This document shows, in pieces, positions 26,652-40,954 of a DNA stretch of 64,000 nucleotides. The notes beneath the pieces were generated by a model. That model was not told where the DNA came from and searched no databases. It saw nothing but the letters and a program-made list of their open reading frames with translations. The position numbers were made by a program, and so were the translations under genes. The stretch spans positions 124,001 through 188,000 of the forward strand of contig NW_026250408.1 in assembly GCF_024521635.1 (NCBI RefSeq), written 5' to 3'. Numbering within the stretch: position 1 is the stretch's first letter; every line of letters starts with the position of its first letter. Source of the stretch: Tricharina praecox. Lineage: Eukaryota.

Positions 26652-26815
26652 GAAAGTGAGGAAGGCGGCGGTATCTGCAGAGGCTACTGGTATCTAGTGA
26701 AAAGTGAAGAAGGCGGCGGTATCTGCAGAGGCTACTGGTATCTAGTGAAAAGTGAAGAAGGCGGCGGTATCTGCAGAGGCTACTGGTATCTAGTGAAAAG
26801 TGAAGAAGGCGTCGG
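26652..26815. repeat. 48-bp minisatellite, ~3.3 copies
   Basis: GAAAAGTGAAGAAGGCGGCGGTATCTGCAGAGGCTACTGGTATCTAGT repeated nearly perfectly. Confidence 0.9.
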
Positions 26816-27182
26816 CATATCATAGATACGAGCCCTGTTTCATCATTTCGAGAGCGGCGGATAGTCATTCCCCAACTTCAACCGGGCGAGCACTGGGATC
26901 GCCCCGCCCTCCTCACTGCTCACTACTCACTGCTCACTACTCACGGTCTGATGAATCGTGATACTCCATCACAGGCACATAACTCATGAATAAACCGTCC
27001 GTCCATCCATCCTTCCACCCATCCATCCGCACAAGCAAAGTAGATAAAAGTAGATAACGTATTACCAACACCTACCGCACCGCCATCCACATCCCAAACC
27101 AACCCAAAACCAAAACCAAAAAAACGCCATCCAAGTTCCCACCCCTCAGCGACTCCCCCTTCCCTCCTCCCCATACGCGCAC

Positions 27183-28002
27183 CTACCGCCCCTCATGTCT
27201 ATACCCATCGGCGACGACGCCCCTCTCGGCAGCAGTCTCACTGACAGGACTAACGGGCGTATCATCCTCATCCCGATTCCCATGCCCATGGCTGTGGTCT
27301 AGCCCGCGCTCATACGGATCGGCAAACGGGTCCTCATGGCGGCTCACAGTGCTGACACTGACGCTCCGGTCGCGCTGGGAGTCCTCATACCGCGGCGGGA
27401 TCTCGGCGCCGGGGGGGCCGGGGTAGTACTATCATCATCAGCCCACATCCAACACCACTACCACTATCCAGCACTATCCAGCATCAGTCGGGGGGGGCAG
27501 GGGGGGGGGGGGGGGGGGGTACCTTCTCGCCATACGCTGCCGTGCCGCCCGCGCCCGCTCCGCCGCGGAGGTTCGCCGTGCTCTCAGCAGCAGACGCAGC
27601 AACACTCATTTCCGTCTCCGTCCCCATGCTCCCGTCTGCGGCAGCAGCAGCGGCGGCGGCGGCGCGCCTGCGGCGCCGCCAGATCATGAACCCGCCTATG
27701 GCCAGTAGCAGCAGGGCTACGCCCGCGAGCACGGGCAGGATTATCGCCACGGGGTGGATACTATTCTCGTTGTTGTTGCCGGAGGAGACTAGCGAGGCGC
27801 CGGTGGGGACGCCGTTGCCGTTGGCAAGGTCGGCGGCGGACGTGCCCGTGGGGGTGGAGGTGCTGGAGGGGCGCCGCCATCGCCGGTCGTCGTCGTCTGA
27901 GTCCGTGTCGTCCGTATCGTCGTTCCAGCCGTTTTTGTGTGCGTCGGCTAGGGCGTGCGCGAGCGGGATGGGCGCTGGGAGGGGGTGCGCGCGGGGTGCC
28001 AT
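27183..28002 (-). CDS. Single-pass membrane protein with PPxY and DPF motifs in the cytosolic tail; intron ~27429-27522
   Basis: TM segment VAIILPVLAGVALLLLAIGGFMIW followed by RRRRR. The spliced second exon reads YYPGPPGAEIPPRYED..HEDPFADPY..GR*. Confidence 0.75.
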
Positions 28003-28481
28003 TGCTGCGGGGTGCGGGGTGCTGGGTGGTGTGTGGATGGGATAGGTGGGCGGTGGGATTTGTTCGGCCGGTCCGGAACAGTGAGCTCTCCTTCAGTATT
28101 CAATATTCAGTCTCCTCTAGGCTCTCCCTCCCTTCCCTCCCCCAGCGCAGCGGAGAAGGGGCACGCCTCTTTATGATATGCCCGACTCCTCACCGTCCCT
28201 TCCTCGTCCCACACACACTCCACTCACACTCCACCCACACCCACCCACGCAGACTCCGACTCTTTCGCGCGATAGGTTACGGCAGAGTGAGAGCGCGAGT
28301 TTGTGTGTGGGTGCCGGCCTGGCCATTCACGGCGAGGCACATCACACTCTGCAGCAGTGCAGCAGTGCAGCAGATCAGCCCCGCCGCTGCGGTGTAATCT
28401 GCGACTTCGCTTTACTCTACATACACACTCGGTGGTTACTTGTGTGGAGTGTTGTACTTCATGCACGGACGGGCTGGGACA

Positions 28482-28537
28482 GGACTGGGCGAATGGGACT
28501 GGGCGAATGGGACTGGGCGAATGGGACTGGGCGAATG
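28482..28537. repeat. 14-bp tandem repeat (GGACTGGGCGAATG) x4
   Basis: Directly visible. Confidence 0.85.
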
Positions 28538-31076
28538 GGGGCTTGGTGATATGATACTTTGCTCCGATTTATATTGCTGTGCTGAAAACACTGGGTTGTG
28601 TGATGGGTGATGTACTGGTACCTCCAGGGTACGATGGAGTATTTCCGCAGGAGGCAGTCGGTGACATGGCCGGCAGTGGATTACCGAGTCGCTGGTGGAG
28701 GGAGTCATGGAGTCGGACGAGTGAGCTTTGGCGAGTGAGCTCAGAGCTGGCGAGGAGGAGGAGTGGTGGGGGTGAGCGAAGCGGGGTAAGTGCCGTATTA
28801 TCGTGGGCACTCTTACCCATGATGTGCAGTACGTGGAGTACATGCGAACGACACAGGGATGCAGCCAGCCAATAGGTGGAGTAATCAATGCGCACGGCAC
28901 ATGCTGGGTGCTTTTCTCCATTTTGTTTTTTGGCGGTGGAGTCCTGACGAGTATGATACGAGGAAGAGGGAGACGCCGGAGGAAGCTGACGATCTTTGCT
29001 GTCCTCAATTCCTGAGGCCCGTATGGCAGACAGTGGACACAACAATCGTGCTCGGCGTCAGCCCGGGCGGGGGTGATCCCAGGTTGGTCGAGCATGCCTA
29101 TCCGGCGTCCGACTGTCTGCCTGTCTGTCGGACGAAGGGCGTAGAGTAGATGTCGATGGATGGCGTACGCGGCCCCGGAAGACGGACCAGAAGCAGATAC
29201 TCCACCAGTGACAACCGAGTGACAGAAGTCTGCAGTCTGCCCCCCACATCGAAAGCAAGTCGATCGACGGAACAGAGAGTTCTCGGCGAGCTTCGCCTAT
29301 TCGACGGAACCGTAAGTCTATCTATAACCGGAGTCTGCATATGGAGTACTCTACATACGGTAAATACTTCGTGCTTCCAGAATCGAGGCTGTGTAGATGC
29401 ACGGTGAAGCATAGCCGTGTGGAGCACTGGAGTTTGGCGTGACGAGCCGGGAGCTACTCGCACGAAAATAGATCAGCGCTCGTGCTCTACATAGACTCTA
29501 CATAGAGTCTAGTTAGCTCGGTCTCACAGTGTCACAGAACACAGTCTCACAGATCATCACGTAAGTCATACCAAACTTCAAAGTACTCTACCGACAAGGC
29601 GACAGCGCCAGGGCGACAGCGACAGCGCCAGGGCTCAAAGCTCAGAGCTTGGGTATGGTCATGACAATGCTGGGCGTATGATAATGTACCAGTACGTACC
29701 GGCGAGGACCCGTTGCTGTAGTCTGTCGGTGTCGCTCTCGACGCCGACCTGACGGAGTGCGCGTTCGTCGCCGTCCTTCGACCGAATAAAGTAGCACGAC
29801 TTACAAGTGTGTCGAAACCCATAGCTACCGGTAATCGGCCCAAAGTGACCGAGAGTTAGGTAGAACGGCCCGACTGACGAGCACCGATAGTTAATCGGCC
29901 CAAAGTGACCGACAGTTAATCGGCCCGACGGACAAGTCGTTGATGAGAGAGGACTATCCGCGAATCCTAGCAGTCTGGTCGCGGAGCCTCTCAAACCTCG
30001 TGCCGAAGTGTGCGCGGTCGAAAAAACTATAGGATTTTCGAAGAGGTGACGATGTCCGACTAGCGCCCGTCGGGTCCGTATGTAGGAATTCGACTGGGCG
30101 AGGCTGGCCGAGGCGTGCGAGAACATTGCTTCTGGGCGGCGAGGATACCGTACCGGCACATACCGTATGTGAGCGACACGGGCGAATTCTCGGGTTGAGT
30201 AGACACTCGAGGGCTGGAATTCAGCCTTTACCAACTTCTCACTTCCTCTAGTACTCTACCTATGACATAGCCACGGCCAGTTCGTCTATGTACGAACGCC
30301 ACCGTTCTTATCATATCGCCACAATCGCCACAATCGCCACAATCGCCACAATCTCCAGCTCAGCCCCACGATAGGCATTCTAGCGCCCGCCCGTCATCCC
30401 GCTCGCTCGTCCGCCCGTTCATCCGTCCTCTGCTGCCGCCACCGACGAGGAAAGGAAAGGAAAGTGGCTTGCATTTGCATAAGCACACCCACTACACTGC
30501 GCCTAGAGTCTGGAGTCTGGACAGCCGCCCGCCCGCTCATGATAATTATGCCGCCCGCCCTTCCTACCCGCCGCAGCTCGCAGGTTACATCAGGCCATGC
30601 ACCGCCACCTCTACCGCCACCGCCACATCCACCGGGCTCTAGATATGCTCGTTGCTGGCACCCCACCCGCACCCCACCCGCAGACCAGGTTCACCATTCA
30701 CCTCATGCCTGCGACCGCCATGCCTGCGACCGCCGCGCCGTGCCTTATGTGATGTCGGAGACTCGGAGGCTGGCCGGTCTGGTGTAGAGTGTTTTCTACT
30801 CTACTCTACTCTACATACTATGATTCCCAGCAAATGCACTTTGAGCTGCAGATTAGAGTAGATCACCCCCGGCGTCCGACGCAGCGTCGGCGTCACCGTG
30901 ACGATATGCATGCCGAAAGCCTCGCCGAAATGCACGCCGAAATGCACGCTGGACTCAAAGGTCTGCGGCGTATGTACATACAAGGCGGCGAGTGGCGTGG
31001 TGGGTACATACCTCATACTGCAGAGAAGAGTACAGAAGAGAAAAGAGGAGAAGAGGATTGCATTGCATTGCAGGAG

Positions 31077-31138
31077 CTGAGAGTCTGAGAGTCTGAGAGT
31101 CTGAGAGTCTGAGAGTCTGAGAGTCTGAGAGTCTGAGA
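31077..31138. repeat. (CTGAGAGT)n microsatellite
   Basis: Directly visible, ~7 units. Confidence 0.85.
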
Positions 31139-33628
31139 CGACACGTAGGTACTTGCATAACATGTACCTACTCTAAGGGTCGGTCTCCCTCCCTCCCATC
31201 ACGACTCCCATCACTCCCATCATGACCCGCAACACGTGGGTTCGCTTCTACGGTAGTAGATAACCAACTCCCTATCTCCCTATCTACGGAATCGTCACTT
31301 CCCTCCCTTCTTCACTTTTCCACCGAGAATGCAAAAATTCCAATCTCCGTCTCGCTTGTAGACCATCTCTACCATCTATCTCCGTGGCAAGCAAGCAAGT
31401 CCCGAGTGTCTTAGCTAACCAACTAGCTGGACATGGGGGCGTGGCGTGGCGGACCAGGATCATCTCTCTTGGAGGGCATCTGGGAAATTGGGAAATTGGA
31501 AGTTGGGGAGGGCGATTGGGATTGAGGGAGGCCAGCGATAGTTACGGAGATGAGGAATATTAATCGGTTTGTGTTCGATTGTTGTTGGTTTCTGGTTGTG
31601 ATTGATTGAAGATTGAAGAGAGGGAATGGCGGTAGTTATTGTACTCATAGGGCGGTTGTATGGCCACAGCAAGGCCACAAGCAAATTGAGCGAGGATGGG
31701 CCAGCGGGAGCCCCTGGCTTGCGGGAGTTTTCTGTTTCGCTGCATCGCTGGTACGCTACTGGGTAGCTGCTAGTATCTACACTGCTAGGCCAAAGTGCTA
31801 GTTTACTCTAGAGCATCATCATCATCATCATCGCGATGTGATCGGCGGCGACGGCGGCGGCGCGGCGGCGTGACGGCGAAGAGCCGTGATGGATGCGGTG
31901 GTTCTGGTTGGTGCGTGAGCGTCTGTCTGAGGTCTCCGCCATAGGTAGAATAGAGTAACATCAGCCCCGATTTCATTCGTTCATTCGCTCCTCCTTCAAG
32001 GCTGATCCTCGCGCGAAATGAAGGTGGGAGCCTGTGTTGTGATTGCTCGAGAGGCTTGCAGACTGCACACGCCTATCATCCGTATCTCTCGTCAGCTGTG
32101 GAGAATTCCTCCGCCGCCTCCACCTCCACCTCCACACCGGTGCGCAGTCAGGCCTTCAGGCAGTCATTCCTCTCCGCTGTTTCGCGCCTCTCCTTCAATA
32201 CCGTATCTTCCCCGCATGTTGCCGACCGACCGCACTGCACTTGCATGGGGACACATTGACACTGCCTGTGGCCTTCCGTATTACATACTGCCTGTTGCCT
32301 GTTGCCTATTCCCAGGTATCCACCAGCCAAGCGAGCGAGCGTCGAGCGAACATCCGATATCCACAGATCTTTATTCTCGAGACTCCTCCGCGCGCGCGCG
32401 CTCTCGTCCGCCGCCGTCTTGCGGCCATCCATATCCACCGTGTCTCCTCTGTCAGTCCGTCTCGCTGGCAAGATGGCAAGACTGCTGTAGAGTAGAGTGA
32501 GTACTTGCCGGAGCGGACACTAATCAGGATACGGTACATGTCTGGTATGATGTCTGGGAGTACACGTCCTGCTGCATCGACGGCCGGGGGAAAGAGAGAA
32601 AAAAGCAAAGAAAGACACCAACCACGGTTGAGCGCGTCGGACATCCGCGCAATTGAGATCAATCGCGCAGCGTGACTGGATTAGGCGACTCTCTCTCTCT
32701 CTCTCTCTCTCGATTGCCTGGTGGTGGTGGTGGTGGTGGTGGTGGTGGTTGGGTTGCAGTTGTTGGTGCTGGTACATATTGGTGGTGGTGGGATTACGCT
32801 TGTATTGGTGGTGGCTCTGCTGCTGCTGCTACTGGCCAGCCAGATGTGATCTGCAGTCCCAGAATACCCAGGATGTACTCTAGGTAACCATCCACATCTT
32901 CTAGGTATTCTAGGTAGATACATAGGTACATATCGACGACAACAAGACAAGCACCAGCACAAGCACCGTCAGTTCAGTTCAGCTCAGCTCAGCTTAAACC
33001 ACCAGGCTTCTCTTCCTTCTCCATTCATTCTCTCCCGCCCCCCATCCCAGCCAGTCCAGCCCCACGCCCCGCCCCCCCCTTCCTTCTTCCCCCCCACCAC
33101 ACTCCCGAGTCGAGTCCTCATTACTCTAGCCGCACCTAAATACTATACTTACACCTAGCTGCTGCTCAACGATAACTTTTCGTCGAGTCCTGCTCATACC
33201 TACCATACTACACTCCATTCTCGACTCGATCCGCCTCCACGTCCACGTCTCCGTCTCCAAATCCCACCTCCCACGTCTCGAAGTCTCCCTGCCCATCCAT
33301 CGGAATCTGATCCGTCGGCTGCAGCTGCGCATCACCCGGGTACTACCCACGTTTACGCACCCCATCCATCTACATCCGCATCGGCACTTGATCGACTCCC
33401 GTCGCCTGCCTGCCCGCCCGCCTGTCCAGGTCAGCACTTCCACTTCCACTTCCATTGCCCGTCCGTCCGCTCGGCCTGCTACTCGGGTGCGCAGCGCACT
33501 CACTCACCCACTCTCCCTGCTTTCGCGGTCGAAACTGACTTTCCGATCGAATAAGGTTCGTCACATCGCACCTGTCAACACACAGACACACACACGCACG
33601 TACACACACACACACACATACACACACG

Positions 33629-35004
33629 ATGTCCAACTTCCGTCCAACACGTCCCACATCGTCTCCCGAATGGCGGCCGAGGACACATGTTTCCTTCCGG
33701 ATGTGTGCTACCCTTCCAAGTTCCAATTCAGCTGCGAGGGCGGGGGCGGGGGAGGCGGACATGTACTGACGGGCGTAGAACCTTACCGCCATCTACTTAT
33801 GCCAGCACCATCGACGTCGTCGGATCGTGGGATAACTTTAGCACTGCCATGCCGCTGGAGCAGGATAGGCGCGTTGGCCGCGATGTCTGGAAGGCCATCT
33901 TGACGCTCAATGGAGGCCTCGAGATGGGGAGTGAGCATTTTTATTATGTGCGTGCCCTACATCCGGAGTGGACACTCTCCCCCGGGTACCGACCCACGCG
34001 AGTGTACTGACCCGTGCGTGCGGATAATTAGTTCTTGCTGGACCGGAAAAATGTCATGCCCGATCCGCAATCGCTACCATCGTCGCTAGCGGTACATCCA
34101 CGCACCGGCCGGTTAATGTCGACGTTGTTCGTCCCGGTCGAGTTGCCGCCGACGCCGGAGCCGGCGGTCAAGTTTGCGCAACAACAGCAGGTGGAGCGGT
34201 CGGATACTCCGGTTTCGTCGATGGGTACCATCGGCTCGTCGGTGTTTGCTGATTTCGATGGAGACGGTGATGATACTTTCATGCAAGCGTTCGTGCAGCC
34301 GAATCCGCAGCAACCACGGCATATCGAGAACAACAACAACAGCGGCAGGAAAGGCAACACCTTCCGGGAGCGATTAAGGGCGCGTAGGAGCTCCCTTGCA
34401 TCGCCAGGCCAGGAGGAGGAACAGCCCAAGCCCAAGCGACGGCGGGGATGGGGACTGCAGCTCAGCGTATCGACCGCATTACTCCGGATGGGCTACCGCA
34501 CCCCCGCCTCGGACGGACTGGAGTCGAAAGAGGATCTGCAATCGCCACCGCGCCGCGACGAGGACGCCATCGCCGACATCGTCGGCTACCTCCGCAGCAA
34601 CGACGCCGCCACACCCAAGGCATCGCAGTACATCCTCCCCATGCCCACCACGCACCCCCACTCGACCGCGTCATCGGTGTACTCGCAGAACCCCGACCGC
34701 CCCAGCCTAAGCCCGAGCCCGGGAATGTACAGCTCCTTCTACAGCAGCGAGGACGACGAGGACGAGCTCGCTACGCCTGTCGATGTCGCGTTTCCGAAAT
34801 ACTACAACTTTGATGAGCTGAAAGGCGCCGACGCGGGATTGGTTCAGGGTAAGGCGCGCGCAACCTCTCCCCGTAGTGGTGGTGGTGGTGGTGGTGGGGG
34901 CAGTGCCGTCGCTAGAGTGTCTGCGCGAACAGGTCGTCGGCGAGATGGCGTGGCAAAGGGAGATTGTCGGGGAGCATGGGTACCTCGGGAGTGTGGTCGT
35001 TTGA
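33629..35004 (+). CDS. CBM48/AMPK-beta-like glycogen-binding domain protein with long disordered C-terminus; exons ~33629-33702, 33779-33947, 34032 onward
   Basis: Spliced N-terminus THVSFRITLPPSTYASTIDVVGSWDNFSTAMPLEQD...GLEMGSEHFYY|FLLD matches CBM48. The C-terminus EIVGEHGYLGSVVV* needs a small intron (~34849-34903) or an indel; otherwise the ORF ends at 35063. Confidence 0.75.
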
Positions 35005-38000
35005 AGTTTGCTTCCTTTGTCGGCCTCTTGTGCGGGAATATAGACGGTTTCGGTTGTCGATGATTTGCGCTTGCGTTTCAGTTTGTTTTGCGACTGTTTT
35101 GCACTGTTTTGCACATATGCGGGATTCTTCCCTTTCCCTTTCTCTTTCTGCTTCGGTCACTGAAATCACATCACTCTGCTCGGCTTTTTTCCTTTTTCTT
35201 TTTCTTTTCACTTTTCTCTCGATCATGGCATTTTTTAGCTGTTATTTTCCTTTCTCATGGGGGCATTGAAGATTGCATTGGAGGGGTTTCGTTCACTACT
35301 ATCTTACTGACTTACTGGCTTACTTGCACATACGCACATCATACATGGACATTCATACACGGTCACGGCAACGGTCGTTCTGGGAGTTTTATTCTTTTTC
35401 TTTCTTTTTTCTTCGCTTTTTTCTTTTCAGGGGGGATTTTCTTTTTGCTCGTTTGGGGCTTTCCTTTTTCTTTCTTTCGGGTGGGTGGGTTTGGGGGTTG
35501 GGCATTGTGGGGACAATGGGCTGGGTTGGGCTGCAGGGGAACGGGGGGTGGTGATGGAGCGTGGAAGCCTGGAAGCCTGGAAGCACGGTAAAAGTGATGG
35601 AAAAGTGCTGGGAAGCAAGGCAAAACGGACGGAGAGGGGGAAGAAGAAGTGCTGGGAAGCTGGAAAGCTGGAGCAGGCGGTGTCGTAGGAATGGAATTCA
35701 TTTCACTTCCCGTTCTTGGGAGTTAAAGATTTTGCAGTTCGAAGTGAGAGAGTGAGTGATGCTTAGTGATGCTTCTTGACGTTGGCGGGGTTGGCGGGGC
35801 TGAGATCGGTGGTTACAGTAGGCTTGAGTTGGCCAGTTTTGAGATACCTATACGGATAGAACGACAGCGATACTTGATTCCATAGATACAGCAAAATTAT
35901 CATCAATAGCGAGAGCTCTCTCTACCGAAGGAGTATGAAGGTTTGCCGCGTAAAGTTTGCCGCGTAACCACATGCTCGTCGACACTCGGTCGCGGCCGTC
36001 CACCCGTCCATCAATCCACCACGGAAGCTTATTCGTGCAACCTTATTCGTGCAAACTTCGCCGGGTGGGTAAAGTTTGATAGCCGGTATATACCTACTCG
36101 GCGCGTTTAGAGGATCGGAGGACGAGTAGATGGAGGTGAAGGTTGGAGGTCAAGATTGAGCGCAATTGTTGAGCGTGATGGGTGCACAAGGGGAGGGAGA
36201 GGAAGAGGGATACAAGCACGGATATCGCCACCATTCATAGATTCGACGGAGTCCATGGACCGCACCGGAAGCGAAGTCCACTGTTAAGTATGTAGTGAAT
36301 TTGTGAACGGCGAACTTCTGTGGTGGACAGTCCCACAGGCGGCTCATGTGGGAGCACTCGAGTCGGGTGGAACCCCTGCAGCAGTTACGGCTACGGCTAT
36401 GGACCGGCTACATCTACATCTACAGCTATCTTCTTCCTTGTATACGTCACGCTCTACTACACGGCTCAAGGCTTTTGGATGTGATCTAATGTGATGTGTG
36501 CAGAGTGGCTGGCTGGCCATCTACCAGCGGATCGTCGAACTTGTCGAGTACTTGCAGAGTGCAGAATGGCTGGCCATCTGGCAGCGGATCTTCGAAATTG
36601 TCGGGTACCTACAACCTACTACACCCGTCACTTCCCGGTGGGATCAGTGGATTACGCCCATATCGTTCTCGAGTATCTACCGGGCAAGCCGATTCTCGAG
36701 TACCTACTTGGCTAGCCAGCACTGCGTAATTCTATACTTCTATACTTCTATACTCACTCTAGCACTGACGGTCCTAGTTTTATTGTGGAATTCGATTAGG
36801 TAGTCGGCGTAGATGCTCGATTAGTCGGCGTGGAAGCTCGGCGGAAGGGCCGCAACCCTACCCTTCGTACAGTCTTGGACGTTCGTGAAGTTCGTCACAT
36901 ACGGGCCACCGTCCACGGTCCACAAACCACCCTTTGTACCGTCTTCCTCTCCCATCACTTCTTCCTTCCTTCTTCACTTCACTTCACAATAGCAAAGATA
37001 CGACACAGAAATACAACATAACAATAATACAACCACGACAACTACGACTACGACCACCATAATCACTACAACCACGCCAACCGTGACAACTACATACGAC
37101 AATTACAATAATACCTCACGTCTATATGGACCTCATAATTCACCTCCTCCTCCTGCTCTTCCAGCGCCTCCAGCGCCACTCGGGTGGCGCGCATTGGATC
37201 TCAATGAGCCATTGCGCCCTGGGAAATCACATCCCAGCCGTGCTACCCGGGGAGGGGGGCAAGGGGCAAGCAATAGAGAATGGTGTCCCCAGAATCCTGC
37301 GGATTGGTGGGCCGAAGCTGGCATACTTCGAAGAGCTATCCGAGAGCGTCGGCCGAATACAGACATGAGATCGATCGCGAGCCTCAATCCGACTGAACTT
37401 CTCGCAAAGAAACGAAGAAAGACGTAAGTATGTTCTCTACCTAGCTGGCCGGATTGCTTGGTCGTGTTTACTATAGCGGTGCTGACTATAATAGGTGAGC
37501 GCCTGCCTGAGCATGAGCTAGTGCTGGGTGTGGCGGGGCGGTACAGCCGCCCTCACCACGTACTACCTGCCAGCTGCCGCTGCTTCCTTGAGCAACTCAA
37601 TAAAACAACAACCGGATATTCAGCCCATCTTCGCCCTCGATGCGAACGGGAATGTACCAGGGGGCTCGAGCAGGTAGCGTACATAGGAATGGAATGGAAT
37701 TCGTTTCACCTCCCGTTGTTCTTGAAGGTTGGAGCTTTTCTGGTTCGTAGTGAGAGTATGAGTGATATATGGTGACGTTGGTGACGTTGGCGGGGCTGAG
37801 ATATGCGGTTAGAACGACAGCGATAATTGATTCGATACTGCAAAACTATCACCTGCAGCGAGGCCTCTCTTTAGAGTATATGAGGTTCCGCCAGAACTTT
37901 GCCGCGTAACCATGTGCTCGTCGATACTCGGTCGCGGCCGTCCACCCGTCCACCGCGGAACCTTATTCGTGCAACCTTATTCGTGCAACCTTGTTCGTGC

Positions 38001-40711
38001 AACCTTATTCGTGCAAACGACTCCGGACGTCTAGAGTTTGATAACGGTATGTAGGTGGAGGTGAAGGATGAGCGTGATTGTTGGGTGCGATGGGTACTAG
38101 GAGATGGGGAGGAGAGAGAGATGGAGAGGAAGAGGGATATCGCCACTACCAGCATCACCGCCAATTGGCGATATCAAGGATTCCATAGACTGCACAACCG
38201 GAAGCGAAGTCCATTAACAGTCAATTCGTGAACGTCGAACCTCTGTGGTAGACAGACCCACAGGCGGATCATGTGAGCGCACTCGCGTCAAATGGAACCC
38301 GCCAGCTGTTACGGATACGGCTATGGACGGGCTATATCTACAACTGTCTTCTTGTGTACGTGAAGCTCTGCTCTACATGACTCCCGGCGTTTGGATGTGT
38401 TGTGATGTGATGAGTGCACGTAGAGTGGCTGGATCCGTAGCGGATCCCCCGAACCTGTTGAGTAGGTACAGCGGCCACCGGTGACCGGTCACCGGTGGGG
38501 AGTGGATTACACCGATATCGTTCTCGCGTACCTACCAGGCATGCCAATTCTCGAGTTAAGCAAGGCGGTACTGCGTAATTCTATACTTCTATAGTATGCT
38601 CACTTTGCCTCTGTCTCGCTCTGGCGGTCCTAGTTTTATAACTTCTATTATGGAATTTAATTGGATTGAATTAGTCGGCGTAGAAGCTTGGCATAGTTAC
38701 CCTAAAAGCTCGGCGGAAGGGCCGCAACCCTACCTTTCGTACAGTCTTCAACGTCCGTCACATACGGTCCACGGTCCACGGTCCACCCTTCGTACCGTCT
38801 TCCTCTCCCACCACTTCTTCCTTCCTTCTTTCACATCACTTCTTTCTTTCACATCACAACAGAACACAACGTATGCAACATAAAAATACAACCACGACAA
38901 CTACGACTATCATATGACTGCCTTACGACAACACGACAACCGCGACAACCTCGATAGCCGCGATGATCCGCGGGGCTGCAGCGATTAGCACCGCCCCCGG
39001 CGGTGGTATCGAGTTACCCAAACCACTTGATTTCAACCCCAACTTTCCTGCTTCAAGCGCCGGGGGAGAGACCCTACCTCCAGTGATTGGAGCCGGGCAA
39101 ACATATCACCCCACATCCACCACCTCCCCCCCTTCCTCCACCTACTAGCACCCCCGAACCACCCGGGCCGCGCCCAATGGATCTCAACGATCAATTGCGC
39201 TCTAGGAACCTGTATTCCAGAGGTGCTTCCCGGGTGGGCAGGGGAGGGGGAGGAGAGAGAGCATGCGAGAGGGGGGCTGCTGGCCCCGGCCGCAGAAAGA
39301 TGTAAGTACTCTACATGTCTGAACGGATTGCTTTGGTTGTATCCACTAGGTATAGTGGCGCTGACTGGGGGTTCTTGATAGGTATGGGGAGGCCTCGCAG
39401 CCATCGTTATTATCCACCACCTGCCGGCTGCCGCTGCTGCCTCCTTGAGCAACACATTAAAACAACAACTACAACTATACAACCATCATCAAAAACCCTT
39501 AGGCCTTGGTGGCGGAGATTTAACATTTATCGTTTATCCGAACCAGTTGAGTACCTACCTTCTCCGGTCCTGTGATCTGTTGTCTGTTCTTTGTCTAACC
39601 TTGACACACAGCATCGGAGGAGAGAGGTCATGTTGGCGGTAGTCACGCTGGCTATATTAGAATAGTTATTTTTCCCATAATATTGCATACATACCAATAT
39701 AATACATTACAATGCAATACACTTCACTTCTCTGATCGCCTGTGATGTAATCTTCCCACATGTCCAATAATAGCTAGCTATCGGATCATGATCGCAAATA
39801 CATCACATCCATAAGTACCAGTAGCAACAATCCTCCACTGCACATGCACGGCGACGGTGAACGGAGATTCAGTCAATCCTCGCCCTCGATGCGAGCCTGG
39901 ATATGCTTGGGGGCTTGAACAGGTGGCGTACATAGGAATGGAATAGAATTCATTTCGCTTCCCGTTCTTGAGGGTTGAAGGTTTTCCAGTTCGGAGTGAA
40001 TCAGAGTGATATCCGGTGATGTTGGCGGGTTGAGCTCGGTGGTTACGGAGCCAGTGTTGAGATATACGAATAGAACGACGGAGATAATTGACTAGCCCCG
40101 GCAAAAGTATCATCAGCAGGGAGGCTTCTCTCCACAGTATACGAGGTGCCGCGTAAAGTTTGCCACGTAAAGTTTGCCGTGTAACCATATGCTCGTCGAC
40201 ACTCGGTCGCGGCCGTCCACCGCGGAACTTCCACCGCAGAACCTTATTGGTGCCACCTTATTCGTGCAAACGTCTCCGGACGGGATAAGTTTCATAGCCA
40301 GTATGGAGGTGGGTAGGTAGGTGGGTTTGGGTTGGAGTTGGAGTAACCGGTACCTACCGGACTCGGAGCGTTTGGAGAATCGGAGAATCGGAGGACGAAT
40401 GGATGAAGGTCGAGTGGAGAGGAGGAGTGGATGGAGGCGAAGGTTGAGCGCAATTGTTGAGCGCTATGGGGGCACAAGGAGAGGGAGAGGAAGAGGGAGA
40501 GGAAGAGGGGTATGCAGGCGCGGATACCGCCGCTACCACCACCGCCACCGCCAATTGGCGATATCATGGAGTCGACGGGGTCGATAGACCGCACCACCGG
40601 AAGCGAAGTCCACTGTTGTGCAGTCAATTCACGAACGTCGAACTTTTAGAGATCCCACTCGATTCCACTGGCGGCTCATCTGGGAGCACTCGAGTCGGGT
40701 GGAACCCCCAG

Positions 40712-40954
40712 TGTTGAGAATATAGGTGTGAGATGATATTATTCGGTTGCTTGATTCATTCGCAGAACACAGTGGATGACCAGCTAGACATACCCGACAG
40801 TAAAGCAGAACAAGCAGCAAGTATGAGAATAAACAAGTTTCTCGCGGCGCACTCGAGGAGGCGCAAAACATGGCGCATATGACCAATGACAAATGTGTAC
40901 TATCTTGGACGAGTGACAACGGTGGCCTTTCAGCCAGAACCGAAAATCGCAACA
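40712..40954. mobile_element. Solo LTR (243 bp) with 5-bp TSD CCCAG
   Basis: CCCAG|TGTTGAGAAT...AATCGCAACA|CCCAG. The sister repeat unit at ~36370 (GGAACCCCTGCAGCAG) lacks the insert. Confidence 0.85.

Noticed and set aside
26416..26868. 150-aa ORF with 16-aa repeats
   Set aside because: Explained by the 48-bp minisatellite; no other coding evidence.
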